Positions 1 through 10,777 of a stretch of DNA of 64,000 nucleotides are shown here, piece after piece. Numbering within the stretch: the stretch's first letter is position 1; each line of letters starts with the position of its first letter. The stretch spans positions 448,001-512,000 of the forward strand of contig CAVTRC010000002.1 of assembly GCA_963737065.1 (NCBI GenBank), written 5' to 3'. Below the pieces are notes generated by a model, which was not told the DNA's origin, made no database searches, and was given only the letters and a program-made list of their open reading frames with translations. Position numbers and translations under genes: made by a program. The stretch is from Candidatus Eremiobacteria bacterium (GTDB taxonomy: Bacteria; Vulcanimicrobiota; Vulcanimicrobiia; Vulcanimicrobiales; Vulcanimicrobiaceae).

Positions 1-325
1 CTTTGCGGCGGAGCGCGTAGCGCTGCACGTGCGCGATGCCGAACCGTATTTGGCACGCTTGCGGCGTGCCGGTGCCGTATTTGTCGGCGATATGACGCCG
101 ATTGCGTGCGGGGATTACCTTTCAGGAACCAACAGCGTGCAGCCGTCGTGCGGGGCCGCCAGATTTGCTTCCGGACTGTCGCTCGCCGATTTCACGTGCA
201 GTTTCAGCGTTGTCGAGAATTCGCGCGAGCGAATGTTGCGCGATGCCCAGCCGTTAGCAGCGCTTTCCGACTTTGAAGGCCTACCGCAGCACGCGCAAAC
301 GGCGCGAATGCGCAGCGGCGCATAA
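1..325 (+). CDS. Histidinol dehydrogenase-family protein, 3' part (5' end outside window); catalytic motifs degenerate
   Basis: Frame open from nt 2: FAAERVALHVRD...AGAVFVG...GDYLSGTNSVQPSCGAARFASGLS...EGLPQHA, matching the HisD C-terminus. Confidence 0.8.
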   Translation, partial: FAAERVALHVRDAEPYLARLRRAGAVFVGDMTPIACGDYLSGTNSVQPSCGAARFASGLSLADFTCSFSVVENSRERMLRDAQPLAALSDFEGLPQHAQTARMRSGA

Positions 326-344
326 ACCGTACGACAACCTCGGG

Positions 345-1142
345 ATGACACGGTTAGTAGCCTTCGATTTGGACGGCACGCTTATCGGACGCGATCTCGT
401 TCTGCGGCCGCGTGTACGGGAAGCGATCGAGCGTATGCGCGACGCCGGGATTGCCGGATGCATCGTGACCGGGCGCATGTATCGCGCCGCGGTGCCGTAC
501 GCTCGTGAACTTCGTTTCGATGCGCCGGTCGTCTGCTATCAGGGCGCGGCGATCATCGACCCGCAAAGCGATAATGTGCTGCGCGACGTGCCGATCGGCG
601 TCGACACGGTAGCCGCGATCGTCGACGCGGTGCAGCGCGACCGCATGCACCTCCAACTTTATCGTAACGATGAATACTACTGCGAACACCGCAACCGTTT
701 CTCCGACCTTTATGCGTCACTTTCCGGAGCAGAACCGGTCGTCGTTCCATCGTTGCGCGAAGCGTTTGCCTTCAGTCCCGCGACCAAAGCGGTCGTCATC
801 GATGATCCGCAAAGCGCGGCCGCATACGTCGCGCGTCTTCAGGAGACGCTCGGCGATGCCGTCTACGTAACGCGAAGCTATCCGGAGTTCGTTGAGATTC
901 TCAATCCCGGCGTCGACAAGGGCGCCGCAATACGCTTCGTCGCGCGGCATCTCGGGATCGACATGACCGATGTCGCGGCGATCGGCGATTCATGGAACGA
1001 TGCACCGCTGTTGCAAGCGGCGGGATTCGGCATCGCGATGGGTTCGGCTCCGGAGGAGCTTCTGCGGATCGCGCACGGTGTTGTTGCCGATGTGAGCCGC
1101 GACGGGGTTGCCGAAGCGATCGATCGGTACGTGCTCGCGTGA
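345..1142 (+). CDS. Cof-type HAD-IIB hydrolase
   Basis: DLDGTL motif I, TGR motif II, VDKG, GDSWND motif IV; ATG at 345. Confidence 0.92.
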   Translation: MTRLVAFDLDGTLIGRDLVLRPRVREAIERMRDAGIAGCIVTGRMYRAAVPYARELRFDAPVVCYQGAAIIDPQSDNVLRDVPIGVDTVAAIVDAVQRDRMHLQLYRNDEYYCEHRNRFSDLYASLSGAEPVVVPSLREAFAFSPATKAVVIDDPQSAAAYVARLQETLGDAVYVTRSYPEFVEILNPGVDKGAAIRFVARHLGIDMTDVAAIGDSWNDAPLLQAAGFGIAMGSAPEELLRIAHGVVADVSRDGVAEAIDRYVLA

Positions 1143-1891
1143 GCCGCCCGATTCCGCGGCGGCGGAAGAAGACGGCCGCCGCGCGACTGCGTCCGTTTTG
1201 GTTTCTCTGGCTGCTGCTTTTCGTGCTTGCAGCATGCGGAATGTATTTTTTCGTCACTTGGCCGGCACTGCGCCCCCACGCGGTGCTCGTCGAAGGCAAT
1301 CGCATCGTACCGAAAAGCGCAATCCTCGCGGCCGCGCGAGTGAATCCGCATACCAACATGTGGCTGCAAGACACGCGCGCAATGGCACGGCGTATCGAAG
1401 CGATTCCCTACATCGAAACGGCAGCGGTGCATCGCCGGCCGCCGGCAACGCTTGCCATCCGCGTGAGCGAACGCGTGCCGTTTGCGCGACTGATCGCAGG
1501 CGGCGGAACCGTTATCGTCGATCGCGACCTGCGTGTGCTTCAAAACGCGGAAGCTTCGTTTGACGCGCTTCCCGCGTTCGTCGTGAGAACGCTCCAGGCG
1601 CCCGCTGCGGGGACGACGCTGTCCGACTCGCCGCTGGTCGCCCTTCGCAATGATGAAGAGGCGCTAGCGATCGCGCATCTCGCCGCCTCGAGGCTGGAGC
1701 ACGATAAATTCGGCGACCTCACCGTCACGCTCGACAACGGCGTTCGCGTGCTCTTCGGCGATGAAAACGAGCTCGGCAAGAAGCTCGCGCTCGTGGAACC
1801 GATCCTCACGCAGGTCGGTAAAGCAGGACGCCCAATCGCTGCGATCGACCTACGCGCCCCGAACACGCCCGTGGTCGTCTATAAGAAGTAA
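1139..1891 (+). CDS. ftsQ: Cell division protein FtsQ/DivIB
   Basis: Basic N-tail, one TM helix, POTRA domain (VEGNRIV...VHRRPPATLAIRVSER), C-terminal IDLR; GTGA overlap with upstream stop. Confidence 0.8.
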   Translation: MSRPIPRRRKKTAAARLRPFWFLWLLLFVLAACGMYFFVTWPALRPHAVLVEGNRIVPKSAILAAARVNPHTNMWLQDTRAMARRIEAIPYIETAAVHRRPPATLAIRVSERVPFARLIAGGGTVIVDRDLRVLQNAEASFDALPAFVVRTLQAPAAGTTLSDSPLVALRNDEEALAIAHLAASRLEHDKFGDLTVTLDNGVRVLFGDENELGKKLALVEPILTQVGKAGRPIAAIDLRAPNTPVVVYKK

Positions 1892-1912
1892 GAAGCGAGG
1901 CGCCCGCGCGAC

Positions 1913-2203
1913 TCAATGACTGGTGAGGTCTAAGTACACCATCACTTGGCCTTTGATCAAGGACAACTTCACTTGATCCCCGGGCTTGATCTTGGTGAAG
2001 TCCACGGTCTGACGGCCGGTGGAAAGCGTCGCTTCGGAACCGTTGTCCATCGAAACGTCGATGTGCTTGTCATCGATCACTTTGTTGACTTTGACCGTGT
2101 ACGTGCCGTCGGGAATCAGCGATGGGTCGATCATCGCGGCAAGAACCGTTGAGGGAACCGCAAGGGACGCGATGAGCGCGAGGGCCGAAAGAGTCTTGTG
2201 CAC
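1913..2203 (-). CDS. Small secreted hypothetical protein, possible OB-like beta fold
   Basis: Signal peptide (TLSALALIASLAVPSTVLA), GGAG RBS before GTG 2203, KIKPGDQVKL. Confidence 0.7.
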   Translation of the reverse strand: MHKTLSALALIASLAVPSTVLAAMIDPSLIPDGTYTVKVNKVIDDKHIDVSMDNGSEATLSTGRQTVDFTKIKPGDQVKLSLIKGQVMVYLDLTSH

Positions 2204-2240
2204 GGGCTTCTCCACTACTAAAGTCTGAACCGATCGATTT

Positions 2241-4349
2241 TTACGATGATAGCGCAAGCGCGTTCGAATCATCTAGTGCCGTTTTTGTGCCACTTGGACT
2301 ATCTTCGAGGGCCATTTGGCCTGTACGGAACTGCCCGACCATCTCCTTGAGCTGCGTTGCCTCGGACTGCACGTCATCCGCGCTGTTCGTCATGCTCGCG
2401 ATGGCGGCGGAATTCTGATTGCCGAGCTCGGTCGAGTATTGGATGTGCGTTCCGAGCGCTTGGATTGCCGTCTGTTGCTCGGTTGAGGACCTAGCTACTT
2501 GCGCGGTGCGATCCTCGATTTCGGAGACGCTCTCGAGAATCTGATTCGACGTGAGTGCTTGCTCGCGCATCGTTGCGGCTGCTTCGTGGGTCATCGCTCC
2601 CATTTGCTCGCTCGCTCGCGCGAGTTCTTCCGAAGCGCGTGCTTGCTCTGTGGTTGCGACCGAGATCTCCGAGACGAGTTGCGCGACTTCGGTTACGCGC
2701 GTGCTGATCGTCTCGATCATCTGCGTAACGGTGCGAGCCGATTCCGCATTGTTTTGCACGAGCGAGTTCGCGCGGGCTGTTCGCTCGAGCACCGCCGACG
2801 TGCGGCGTTGAATGTCGGCGACCAGCTGGCCGATTTGTTTCGTGGAGCTCGCCGAGTTTTCGGCGAGTTTGCGCACCTCGTCCGCGACAACGGCAAACCC
2901 GCGCCCGTGTTCACCGGCGCGCGCCGCTTCGATCGCCGCGTTGAGCGCGAGGAGATTCGTCTGATCCGCGATTTCTTCGATGAGGCCGAGAATCTCGCCG
3001 ATCTGCCGCGATGCTCCGTCGAGACTCTGCATCTCGGTGACCACGTCCTTCACCGTGTCGCTGATCGAACCCATACCCTTCGAAAGAGCGAGTACCTCGT
3101 TGCGACCTTCGCGCACTTGCTGATCGGTGACATTTGACTCCGAACGCACACGGTCTGCGTTGCCCGCGACTTGCACGATCGATGCAGACATCTCTTGCGT
3201 GTTCGCAACGGCCTGTTCGACGACCGTCGCGAGGGTCAGCAGATTTTGATCCATCTCTTGGATCGACGCGGTCATTTGCGCAACGGCGCTCGAGATGTCG
3301 GAAACTCGGCGCGCCACCGCTTCCGCGTTGTCGGCGACGGCGCCCGCGGTACCGGCGAGATCGCTTGAATAATCCGACGCTTGCGACAGTGCGGCGAGCT
3401 CTTCTTTGACGCGGTCGTCCACTTCGACGGCGAGGCGGTTGCTTTGACCCGACGCTTGTTGCACGGTAATCGTCGCGCGTTGGATGCGTCCGATGACTCC
3501 CGAGATGCGGTCGGCGAAATCGTCGATCGCGTTGCCGAGGCGTCCGAGAAGATCGGCGCCATGCCAGTTGATGCGTCGGGAAAGATCGCCGTTGCCCATC
3601 GCTTCGAAGATCTCCACGCATTCGCCGATGCTGCGCAGCACGATCGAGCGAAGCCAACCCATCGCGAGCAGCGCAATGGCGATCGATGCCGCAAGACCCG
3701 CGCCGAGCGCCATCAGCGCGAAATTACGCGCCTGAACCAGCCGCTGATAACGGTCCGACGCGAGGGTAGTCAGCGCATCGAGCATTGACTGACCGTCTTT
3801 GCTTTGCTTCTCGTACGCGGTGCCCGACGGGCCGTTGATCTGCGCCAGCGCCTCTCTGTTTTTTCCTTGCTGGAGCAAGCTCACCGCGGAAAGCGCTTGG
3901 AAGTCATACGCGCTCGCGCTCGTGCCGAACGTGTCGACGAGCGAACCGATTTGCTTGGCGATTTCGTCCTTCGCTTGCGCGCACTGGCTCGACGAAAGAT
4001 CCGAATCTTTCGCGTCCTTGTCGAGGGGGCAGAAAATGTTCGTCATCGTGCGGGCGTCGTCGGGAAACTGTTTGACGAGCGTTTTCGCCTGTGCAAGTTG
4101 CGCGGCGGCAACGGTCTTGTCGTTCGCGGTCGCCGCCTGCAGCGTCGCGGCGCGTAACGTGTCGGCATCGCCGGCGACCTTCGCGTACGCGAGTTGCCCC
4201 GCGATGACGCGCTTATCGAGGACTTCGGCTTGCGTCGTGATGCCGTTCATTGCCCAGATCATCACAGGGATCAACAACAGCATCACGGCGATCACGAGGC
4301 TAAAAGCAATCGTGAGCGCGCGTTCTAAACTCGTGCGGCGACCTTCCAT
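2241..4349 (-). CDS. Methyl-accepting chemotaxis protein
   Basis: Two TM helices, [42 protein letters not shown]; start ATG 4349. Confidence 0.95.
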   Translation of the reverse strand: MEGRRTSLERALTIAFSLVIAVMLLLIPVMIWAMNGITTQAEVLDKRVIAGQLAYAKVAGDADTLRAATLQAATANDKTVAAAQLAQAKTLVKQFPDDARTMTNIFCPLDKDAKDSDLSSSQCAQAKDEIAKQIGSLVDTFGTSASAYDFQALSAVSLLQQGKNREALAQINGPSGTAYEKQSKDGQSMLDALTTLASDRYQRLVQARNFALMALGAGLAASIAIALLAMGWLRSIVLRSIGECVEIFEAMGNGDLSRRINWHGADLLGRLGNAIDDFADRISGVIGRIQRATITVQQASGQSNRLAVEVDDRVKEELAALSQASDYSSDLAGTAGAVADNAEAVARRVSDISSAVAQMTASIQEMDQNLLTLATVVEQAVANTQEMSASIVQVAGNADRVRSESNVTDQQVREGRNEVLALSKGMGSISDTVKDVVTEMQSLDGASRQIGEILGLIEEIADQTNLLALNAAIEAARAGEHGRGFAVVADEVRKLAENSASSTKQIGQLVADIQRRTSAVLERTARANSLVQNNAESARTVTQMIETISTRVTEVAQLVSEISVATTEQARASEELARASEQMGAMTHEAAATMREQALTSNQILESVSEIEDRTAQVARSSTEQQTAIQALGTHIQYSTELGNQNSAAIASMTNSADDVQSEATQLKEMVGQFRTGQMALEDSPSGTKTALDDSNALALSS

Positions 4350-4419
4350 ACAAATGGTTATTTCGGCCCACGTGTGTACGGATTTAAGCAGACCAAAGAG
4401 CGGGTACGACCAAGGCGAC

Positions 4420-6309
4420 GTGGACATCACCGGTTTGCACTCGCCCCGGGAGCTCGTCGCGTTGGTCGACAGCCTCCCGATCCCTACGATCGTCGCGCTT
4501 GATCGCCACGTCACGTTGTCGTACGTCAATGTTGCGATGCGGGAACTGCTTGGCATGCCGAGCGACACGGCCATTATTTCCGGCGATGAAGCGCCGTACC
4601 GCTTGGAACGCCATGGACGCGAACTGTCTAAAGAGGAAGAGCCGCTGCACCGGGCCGCGCGGGGTGACGCCGTAAGCGGCGACACGATCGATTTTATCTG
4701 CCGCAGTGGCGACCGCTTCGAAGTGCTCAGCTTCGCGCAGCCGCTTCGAAATGACGACGGCGGCATCGTCGGAGCGGTGGCAAATTTTACCGACGTGACG
4801 GCCGTTCGTCGCGCGGAACGGCGCAGCGCCGAACGTCTCGCATTTCTGACCGCGCTTGGATCGCGGCTTGGTGACGCTCTCTCGGTCGAAAGCGTGTTCA
4901 GCGAACTCGAACGGACGCTCGTTCCACGCTATGCAATTCAGCTCGTCATCCTGCTCGAAGACGAGGAAGGACGCATCGTCGGCGTGCGCGGCGCCGACGC
5001 CGTCGAGGCATGGACGGGCGAGTCGTACGCGCGCCTTCCAATGATCAGTCACGGGCGTGCGATCGGCACGCTGATCGTTCACAAGCGCGAAAGTTTTACA
5101 GCCGACGATCAACAGCTGCTGCACGAAGTCGCGCGTCGCGCTGCAACCGCCGTGCACAACGCGCAACTCTTCGAGCATAACCAGACGGCATCGAAGGTTT
5201 TCCAAGAGGCGCTGTTGCCTGCCAAACTTCCCGCTATCGATGAAATTCGTTTCGATGCCGTCTATGCTGCGGGCGACGATCGCGCGCTGATCGGCGGCGA
5301 TTGGTACGATGCGTTTGCGCTTCCCGACGGGCGCATCGCGGTCTCGATCGGCGATGTCACCGGACGCGGCGTCATCGCCGCCGCGCTGATGGGGAAAGTG
5401 CGCCAGACGATTTCCGGGCTTTCGTTCTATGAGTCCGATCCCGTGAAGTTGCTCGACGTCGCCGAGCTCGCGCTCATTCGCCGCTACCCGGATTCGATTG
5501 TGACCGCGGTGGTCGGCGTCCTCGATCCGGCGAGCGGTGAATTCATTTATGCGACGGCGGGTCATCCGCCGCCGTTCTTACGGCGAGCGGACGGCACCGT
5601 GCTGCGCTTGCCGTGTCACGGCTTACCGCTCGGATTGCGCGCAAACGACGAAGACCGTTCATCGGTGACATTTCGCGTTCTGCCCGGGGACACGCTGTTG
5701 CTCTATACGGACGGCGTCACGGAAGTCGAACACGATCCCGTGCAAGGCGAAGTACGCGTGGCGCAGGCGTTAGCCGCGATGCCCGCCGACTACGAGCACC
5801 CGGCCCGCTTTTTGCAGCGGACGCTTCTTCCACACGGCTCCCCCGATGACGTTGCGCTGCTCTCGCTCACATACGAGCCCGCGCACCTGCCGCGCCGCAA
5901 TGACGTGCTGGAGATCAAATTCGATTCGCGCGACGTGCGAATGGCTCGCGACCTGCGCATCTTTATTTCGCGGTATTTGCGCGCGTACGGTTCGCAAACC
6001 GCAGACTATAATTCGGCGGAACTCGTCATCGGCGAACTCCTCGGCAATGCGGCGCGGCACGCACGCGGACCGATCGAAATCCACATTTCCTGGAACGGCG
6101 AGCATCCGGTCCTCTCGATGCTGGACCAAGGTCCCGCCTACGATCCCGAGCTCGCCACACCAATGGACGTTTACAGCGAGGGTGGGCGCGGATTGTTTCT
6201 GGTCGGACTGCTGACGCGCGCGTTCACCGTCACCCGGCTCTTCGGTGGCGTCAACGAGACGCGCGTCGAGTTGGACGTGCCCCAACGCTTGACCGGCGTA
6301 CCTGCGTAA
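4420..6309 (+). CDS. PAS-GAF-SpoIIE (PP2C) phosphatase fused to RsbW-like HATPase
   Basis: [30 protein letters not shown]-terminal ELLGNAARH...EGGRGLFLV. Confidence 0.9.
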   Translation: MDITGLHSPRELVALVDSLPIPTIVALDRHVTLSYVNVAMRELLGMPSDTAIISGDEAPYRLERHGRELSKEEEPLHRAARGDAVSGDTIDFICRSGDRFEVLSFAQPLRNDDGGIVGAVANFTDVTAVRRAERRSAERLAFLTALGSRLGDALSVESVFSELERTLVPRYAIQLVILLEDEEGRIVGVRGADAVEAWTGESYARLPMISHGRAIGTLIVHKRESFTADDQQLLHEVARRAATAVHNAQLFEHNQTASKVFQEALLPAKLPAIDEIRFDAVYAAGDDRALIGGDWYDAFALPDGRIAVSIGDVTGRGVIAAALMGKVRQTISGLSFYESDPVKLLDVAELALIRRYPDSIVTAVVGVLDPASGEFIYATAGHPPPFLRRADGTVLRLPCHGLPLGLRANDEDRSSVTFRVLPGDTLLLYTDGVTEVEHDPVQGEVRVAQALAAMPADYEHPARFLQRTLLPHGSPDDVALLSLTYEPAHLPRRNDVLEIKFDSRDVRMARDLRIFISRYLRAYGSQTADYNSAELVIGELLGNAARHARGPIEIHISWNGEHPVLSMLDQGPAYDPELATPMDVYSEGGRGLFLVGLLTRAFTVTRLFGGVNETRVELDVPQRLTGVPA

Positions 6310-6317
6310 GGCGTGAT

Positions 6318-8186
6318 TTAATCGCCGCTCAGCGTAACGGGAAGTTCTGCAGAGACACGATTTCCGTCACGTGCGCGCTCGATACGAACCGCGCGCGCAA
6401 GCGCGTTCACGAGAAAGAGTCCGCGTCCGCTTTCGGCGAATGCGTCGACCGTTTCGCGACGTACGGGAATCGGTTCGCCGCGATCGTTCACGTGGAGCGT
6501 CGCGCAGTCGCGGTCTAACTCGAGCGTCACGCTTGCGTACCCTTCGGTATGCCGCGCAACATTTCCGAGCAGTTCGCCGAGGATCAGCTCCACCGACGCG
6601 AGGTCGGACTCGCCGTTTGTATATTGTCCCAAGTGCCAAAGAAACGCGCGTTTCACACGGCGCGCTTCCGATACGGCTTTCGCATCGATCTGCCACGTCC
6701 GCTGGCGGCTCGCGCCCCGCACGCCGAGCTCGGTGACTCCGATGAAGAGAATCGCGGAATCATCGTGGGGTTCGACGGTTGAAAACACACGATTTTGAAT
6801 CGCGAGCGCGATATTCTCCGAGCTGTTATAGTACTCGGCATTGATCGCATCGATGAGCAGCGACACGCCGCGCGAGAAATCGCCACGATAGGTTTCCACG
6901 AGCCCGTCGGTATACAGCACGAGCGCCGAGCCGCTTTCGAGGTGCGTTTCGAATCGCTCGTACCTCGCGTTGCGTTCGACGCCCAGAAGCAGTCCCGAGC
7001 CGGCCAGCATGCCGATCGTGCCGGACGCGCGCACGGTGATCGGCGGCGGATGACCGGCAACGGCATACTGCATCTTGCCGTCGCGCGTGTTGAGGATTCC
7101 AAAAAAGGCAGAGACGACGCCGCTATCTTGGTCGACGATGTTGCGGTTAACGAGCTCGAAAACGGCCGAAGCATCTTGCGTATAGCGTGCCGCCGTTTGA
7201 ATCGATTGACGAACGGTCGCCATCGTGGATGCCGCGTGAAGCCCGTGGCCGGTGACATCGCCCATGCTGATTCCGATCGTTTCATCGCTCAACGTAAAGA
7301 CGTCATACCAGTCGCCGCCGATGTCGGAGCTCGTTGCGGCAGTGTGATACGAGGCGTCGATCCGAATGCCGGCAATTTCGGGAAGCTGCTTCGGAAGAAG
7401 CGCGCGCTGAAGCTGCGTGGAGATCGCCTCTTCGCGGCGCATGCGAATCGTCGTCGACCGGTACAGCGCATCGAGATCGGCGATTTCGTCGTTGCCGTTC
7501 AACGGGACCGTCGTTTCTCCGGCAGCGAGGCGCGTCGCGTTTTCAGCGAGCCGACGAAGCCGGCTGACGATGCGACCGCCGAAGATAAACATCACGAGCG
7601 CGGTGAACACGATGCCGAACACGAGTACGGCAATCAACGTTTGAACGAAAATAGCGCTTTGCGCGCTCAGCGTTTTGAATCGGTCGATCGCGAGCTGCCG
7701 TTCCGAGCGCTCGAAGTCGCTTTGCGTGCGGTGAAAATCGCGCGCACCTTCCTGCACCGCTTTCGACTGTTCGATCGCGCGTTGTTTTCGCGGATTGCCG
7801 GCCGCGCTTGCGACGTTCTGAAAAATCGGCCCGAATTCATCGATCAATTGCGCAAGGTGCTGCGCTCGTCTCTCTTGCGCGGGATTGTCCGAAACTAAAC
7901 GTTCGAGGTTTTCCGCATTGTTGCTGACGGTTGCCAACGCCGTTTTAAGCCGGTCGAGAACGGCAGGCTCGGGGTGACCGACGTACTGCGCGAGCGCCGC
8001 GTCGGCGTCATCGATGCTCGCCGTAATTCCTTGACTTGTCGCGAGTACGTTTTGCGAATGTTGCCCCCAATAGGCGGTCCTCTGAGCATTGCGCACGCTC
8101 AGAACCGCAAAAATAAGGACCAGAAGCAGTACCGTTAGCGGCACTGCGCTCAGCAAAACGGCTTGAGTCCGTATCGATAGGCGCAT
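6318..8186 (-). CDS. Membrane sensor (CHASE3-like)-HAMP-SpoIIE phosphatase fused to RsbW-like HATPase
   Basis: Two TMs, LVSDNPAQ, GGDWYD, GDVTGHG, LYTDG, ELLGNVARH...ESGRGLFLV. Confidence 0.9.
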   Translation of the reverse strand: MRLSIRTQAVLLSAVPLTVLLLVLIFAVLSVRNAQRTAYWGQHSQNVLATSQGITASIDDADAALAQYVGHPEPAVLDRLKTALATVSNNAENLERLVSDNPAQERRAQHLAQLIDEFGPIFQNVASAAGNPRKQRAIEQSKAVQEGARDFHRTQSDFERSERQLAIDRFKTLSAQSAIFVQTLIAVLVFGIVFTALVMFIFGGRIVSRLRRLAENATRLAAGETTVPLNGNDEIADLDALYRSTTIRMRREEAISTQLQRALLPKQLPEIAGIRIDASYHTAATSSDIGGDWYDVFTLSDETIGISMGDVTGHGLHAASTMATVRQSIQTAARYTQDASAVFELVNRNIVDQDSGVVSAFFGILNTRDGKMQYAVAGHPPPITVRASGTIGMLAGSGLLLGVERNARYERFETHLESGSALVLYTDGLVETYRGDFSRGVSLLIDAINAEYYNSSENIALAIQNRVFSTVEPHDDSAILFIGVTELGVRGASRQRTWQIDAKAVSEARRVKRAFLWHLGQYTNGESDLASVELILGELLGNVARHTEGYASVTLELDRDCATLHVNDRGEPIPVRRETVDAFAESGRGLFLVNALARAVRIERARDGNRVSAELPVTLSGD

Positions 8187-8382
8187 GGACAACTGTAGAC
8201 TTCTTCGGCAGCGTACGCCGATATCCACAGTCCGTCTACGTCTATCCTCAAGGAGAGGCGCTCGCGGTCGCCAAGCCCTCACGATTCCCTGTTCCCGCGC
8301 CCGCTATGTAGTAGGGTTTCGTCAGTACGGCCCCAATATATAGCGGTTAATTGTAGGGAACTGCAGAATAGGTGACCATCGC

Positions 8383-9594
8383 ATGAAGAACGAGACCGTA
8401 TGCGGGCTCGATATCGGCACGACCAAGACCTGTGCGGTCGTCGCCGTCGAAGGTCCAAACGGCCTCGAGATCGTCGGCGTAGGTGAAGCGCCCTCGCTCG
8501 GGATGCGCAAAGGGGTTGTAGTCGACCTCGAGGAGACGATCAAGTCGATTGAAGCGGCGACCGAGAAGGCGGAGCGTATGGCCGGTCTCCACGTCGGCGA
8601 CGTCTACGTCGGCATCACCGGCGAGCACATTCGCAGCACCAACAACCGCGCGGTCGTCGCAACATCCAATGAAGACCGTGAAGTTTCGCACGTCGACGTG
8701 CGGCGCGTCATCGACGCGAGTAAAATCATTAATCTCCCCGCAGACCGGCAAATCATCCATGCGCTGCCGCGCTATTTCACCGTCGACGGACAAGACGGCG
8801 TCGAAGACCCGGTCGGCATGGCGGGCGGCCGCCTCGAGGTCGACACACACCTCATCACGGGCGGCACCACGTTCATTACCAACGTTCTCAAATGCGTGCA
8901 TCGCGCCGGTTTGGAAGCCGCCGGACTCGTGTTCGAACCGCTGGCGAGTTCGGCCGCGACATTGCTGGGTGAAGAGAAGCAGGTCGGTGTCGTTCTGCTC
9001 GATATCGGCGGCGGGACGACGGACATCGCGGTCTACTCACTGGGCAGCGCAATTTTCACCGCGACGATTCCCGTAGGCGGCAACATCCTCACCAGTGACA
9101 TTTCACTCGGTTTGAAAACGTCGCTTGCGCAAGCGGAGGACGTGAAGAAGCAGTACGGCGCGGGCGTCGACGGCGAGCGCACCTTCACCGTGCACGGCTT
9201 GGACGGTCGCACGACGAAGGAAGTGACGACGCAGCAACTACGCCAGATCGTCGTGCCGCGCGTATTGGAAACGCTGCGGATGTCGAGGCAAAAGATCGTC
9301 GAAAACGTTCCGCGCGATTTAGTGCTCGGCGAAGTCGTCATCACCGGCGGCGGTTCGCTCTTGCCGGGCTTGAGCCCGATCGCGGAAGACGTGTTCGGGT
9401 TGCCGACGCGCGTCGGTACTCCGTCCACGATGAGCGGACTTACCGAGAGCATGAGCCAGCCGCAATATGCCACCGCCATCGGCTTGGTACTTTTCGGCGC
9501 GAATGGCGAAATGGAACAGAGTAACGGCCACCGTCGCGGCGGCGGCGCGATTGCGACCAAAATTCGAAACTGGTTTGCGGACCTTTGGAACTAA
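8383..9594 (+). CDS. ftsA: Cell division protein FtsA
   Basis: GLDIGTTK, GMRKGVVVD, DIGGGTTDIA, TGGGS; upstream of ftsZ. Confidence 0.97.
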   Translation: MKNETVCGLDIGTTKTCAVVAVEGPNGLEIVGVGEAPSLGMRKGVVVDLEETIKSIEAATEKAERMAGLHVGDVYVGITGEHIRSTNNRAVVATSNEDREVSHVDVRRVIDASKIINLPADRQIIHALPRYFTVDGQDGVEDPVGMAGGRLEVDTHLITGGTTFITNVLKCVHRAGLEAAGLVFEPLASSAATLLGEEKQVGVVLLDIGGGTTDIAVYSLGSAIFTATIPVGGNILTSDISLGLKTSLAQAEDVKKQYGAGVDGERTFTVHGLDGRTTKEVTTQQLRQIVVPRVLETLRMSRQKIVENVPRDLVLGEVVITGGGSLLPGLSPIAEDVFGLPTRVGTPSTMSGLTESMSQPQYATAIGLVLFGANGEMEQSNGHRRGGGAIATKIRNWFADLWN

Positions 9595-9697
9595 TGGATT
9601 CGGCTGCGCCGAACTCAGTGGCGGTGGGGGCTTCGCCCCAATCCGCTGAGGCAAAATGAGACCTAAGCAACTGGCACTTGAGGAGCAGGTAACGCAC

Positions 9698-10774
9698 ATG
9701 GCAGACGCACGACGCTTTCAACCCGAACATGCCGCGGCGATCAAAGTGATCGGCGTTGGCGGCGGCGGCTGCAATGCCGTCAATCGCATGATCGATGCCG
9801 GCCTCACCGGCGTCGATTTCTTCGCCGTCAACAGCGACGTGCAGGCGCTGCGCAATTCGCTCACCGAGAACACGGTGCATATCGGCAACGGTATGACGCG
9901 CGGTCTCGGTGCCGGCGCGAATCCGACGCTTGGGCGCGAAGCCGCCGAAGAATCGCGCGAAGACCTCGCGTTGGTCCTCGACGGCGCGGATCTCGTCTTC
10001 ATCACGGCGGGTATGGGCGGTGGCACCGGTAGCGGCGCGGCTCCCGTCATTGCCGAGATCGCGCGCGAATCCGGCGCGCTCACGATTGCCGTCGTGACGA
10101 AGCCGTTCGCGTTCGAAGGACGCAAGCGCATGCAGACGGCTGAACACTCGATCGCGGAACTCGAATCAAAGGTCGACACGCTGATTACGATTCCGAACGA
10201 GCGCATTTTGCAGGTGATCGAAAAGCGCACGCCGCTGAACGAAGCATTCGCATACGCGGACGATGTGCTGCGTCAGGGCATTCAAGGCATCAGCGATCTC
10301 ATCACGCAGCCGGGGTTGATCAATCTCGATTTCGCCGACGTGAAGACCATTATGACCGATGCCGGTTCGGCGATGATGGGCATCGGCGAAGGCTCGGGCG
10401 AACATCGCGCCGCCGATGCTGCGCAAAAGGCCATTGCATCGCCCCTGCTCGAGACGACGATTGAAGGCGCGCGCGGCGTGATCTTCAACATCACGGGCGG
10501 TCCGGACATGGCGATGTACGAAGTCAATGAAGCAGCGGAGATGATCGCGCGCAGCGTGGATTCCGACGCGCAAATCATCTTCGGCGCATCGATCGATCCA
10601 AGCATGTCGGGTAAAGTGCGCGTTACCGTGCTCGCAGCCGGTTTCGGCGCACCGCGCTCCTATCGCCCCACGATTTCGGCAAGCAACACATTCGACAACG
10701 GTAAAATCGACACAGTTTCGCCCGTGAACATGGACGACATCGACGTCCCGGCATTTCTTCGCTACCGCGGATAG
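9698..10774 (+). CDS. ftsZ: Cell division protein FtsZ
   Basis: GGGTGSG tubulin motif, INLDFADV, C-terminal [15 protein letters not shown] upstream. Confidence 0.98.
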   Translation: MADARRFQPEHAAAIKVIGVGGGGCNAVNRMIDAGLTGVDFFAVNSDVQALRNSLTENTVHIGNGMTRGLGAGANPTLGREAAEESREDLALVLDGADLVFITAGMGGGTGSGAAPVIAEIARESGALTIAVVTKPFAFEGRKRMQTAEHSIAELESKVDTLITIPNERILQVIEKRTPLNEAFAYADDVLRQGIQGISDLITQPGLINLDFADVKTIMTDAGSAMMGIGEGSGEHRAADAAQKAIASPLLETTIEGARGVIFNITGGPDMAMYEVNEAAEMIARSVDSDAQIIFGASIDPSMSGKVRVTVLAAGFGAPRSYRPTISASNTFDNGKIDTVSPVNMDDIDVPAFLRYRG

Positions 10775-10777
10775 TCC

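Noticed and set aside
2215..2232. Second BlaI operator
   Set aside because: Only the CTACTAA half-site is present, with no dyad partner.
3799..4766. Long overlap of the MCP and SpoIIE ORFs
   Set aside because: Artefact of first-start calling; likely starts are 4349 (minus) and 4420 (plus), leaving a divergent gap.
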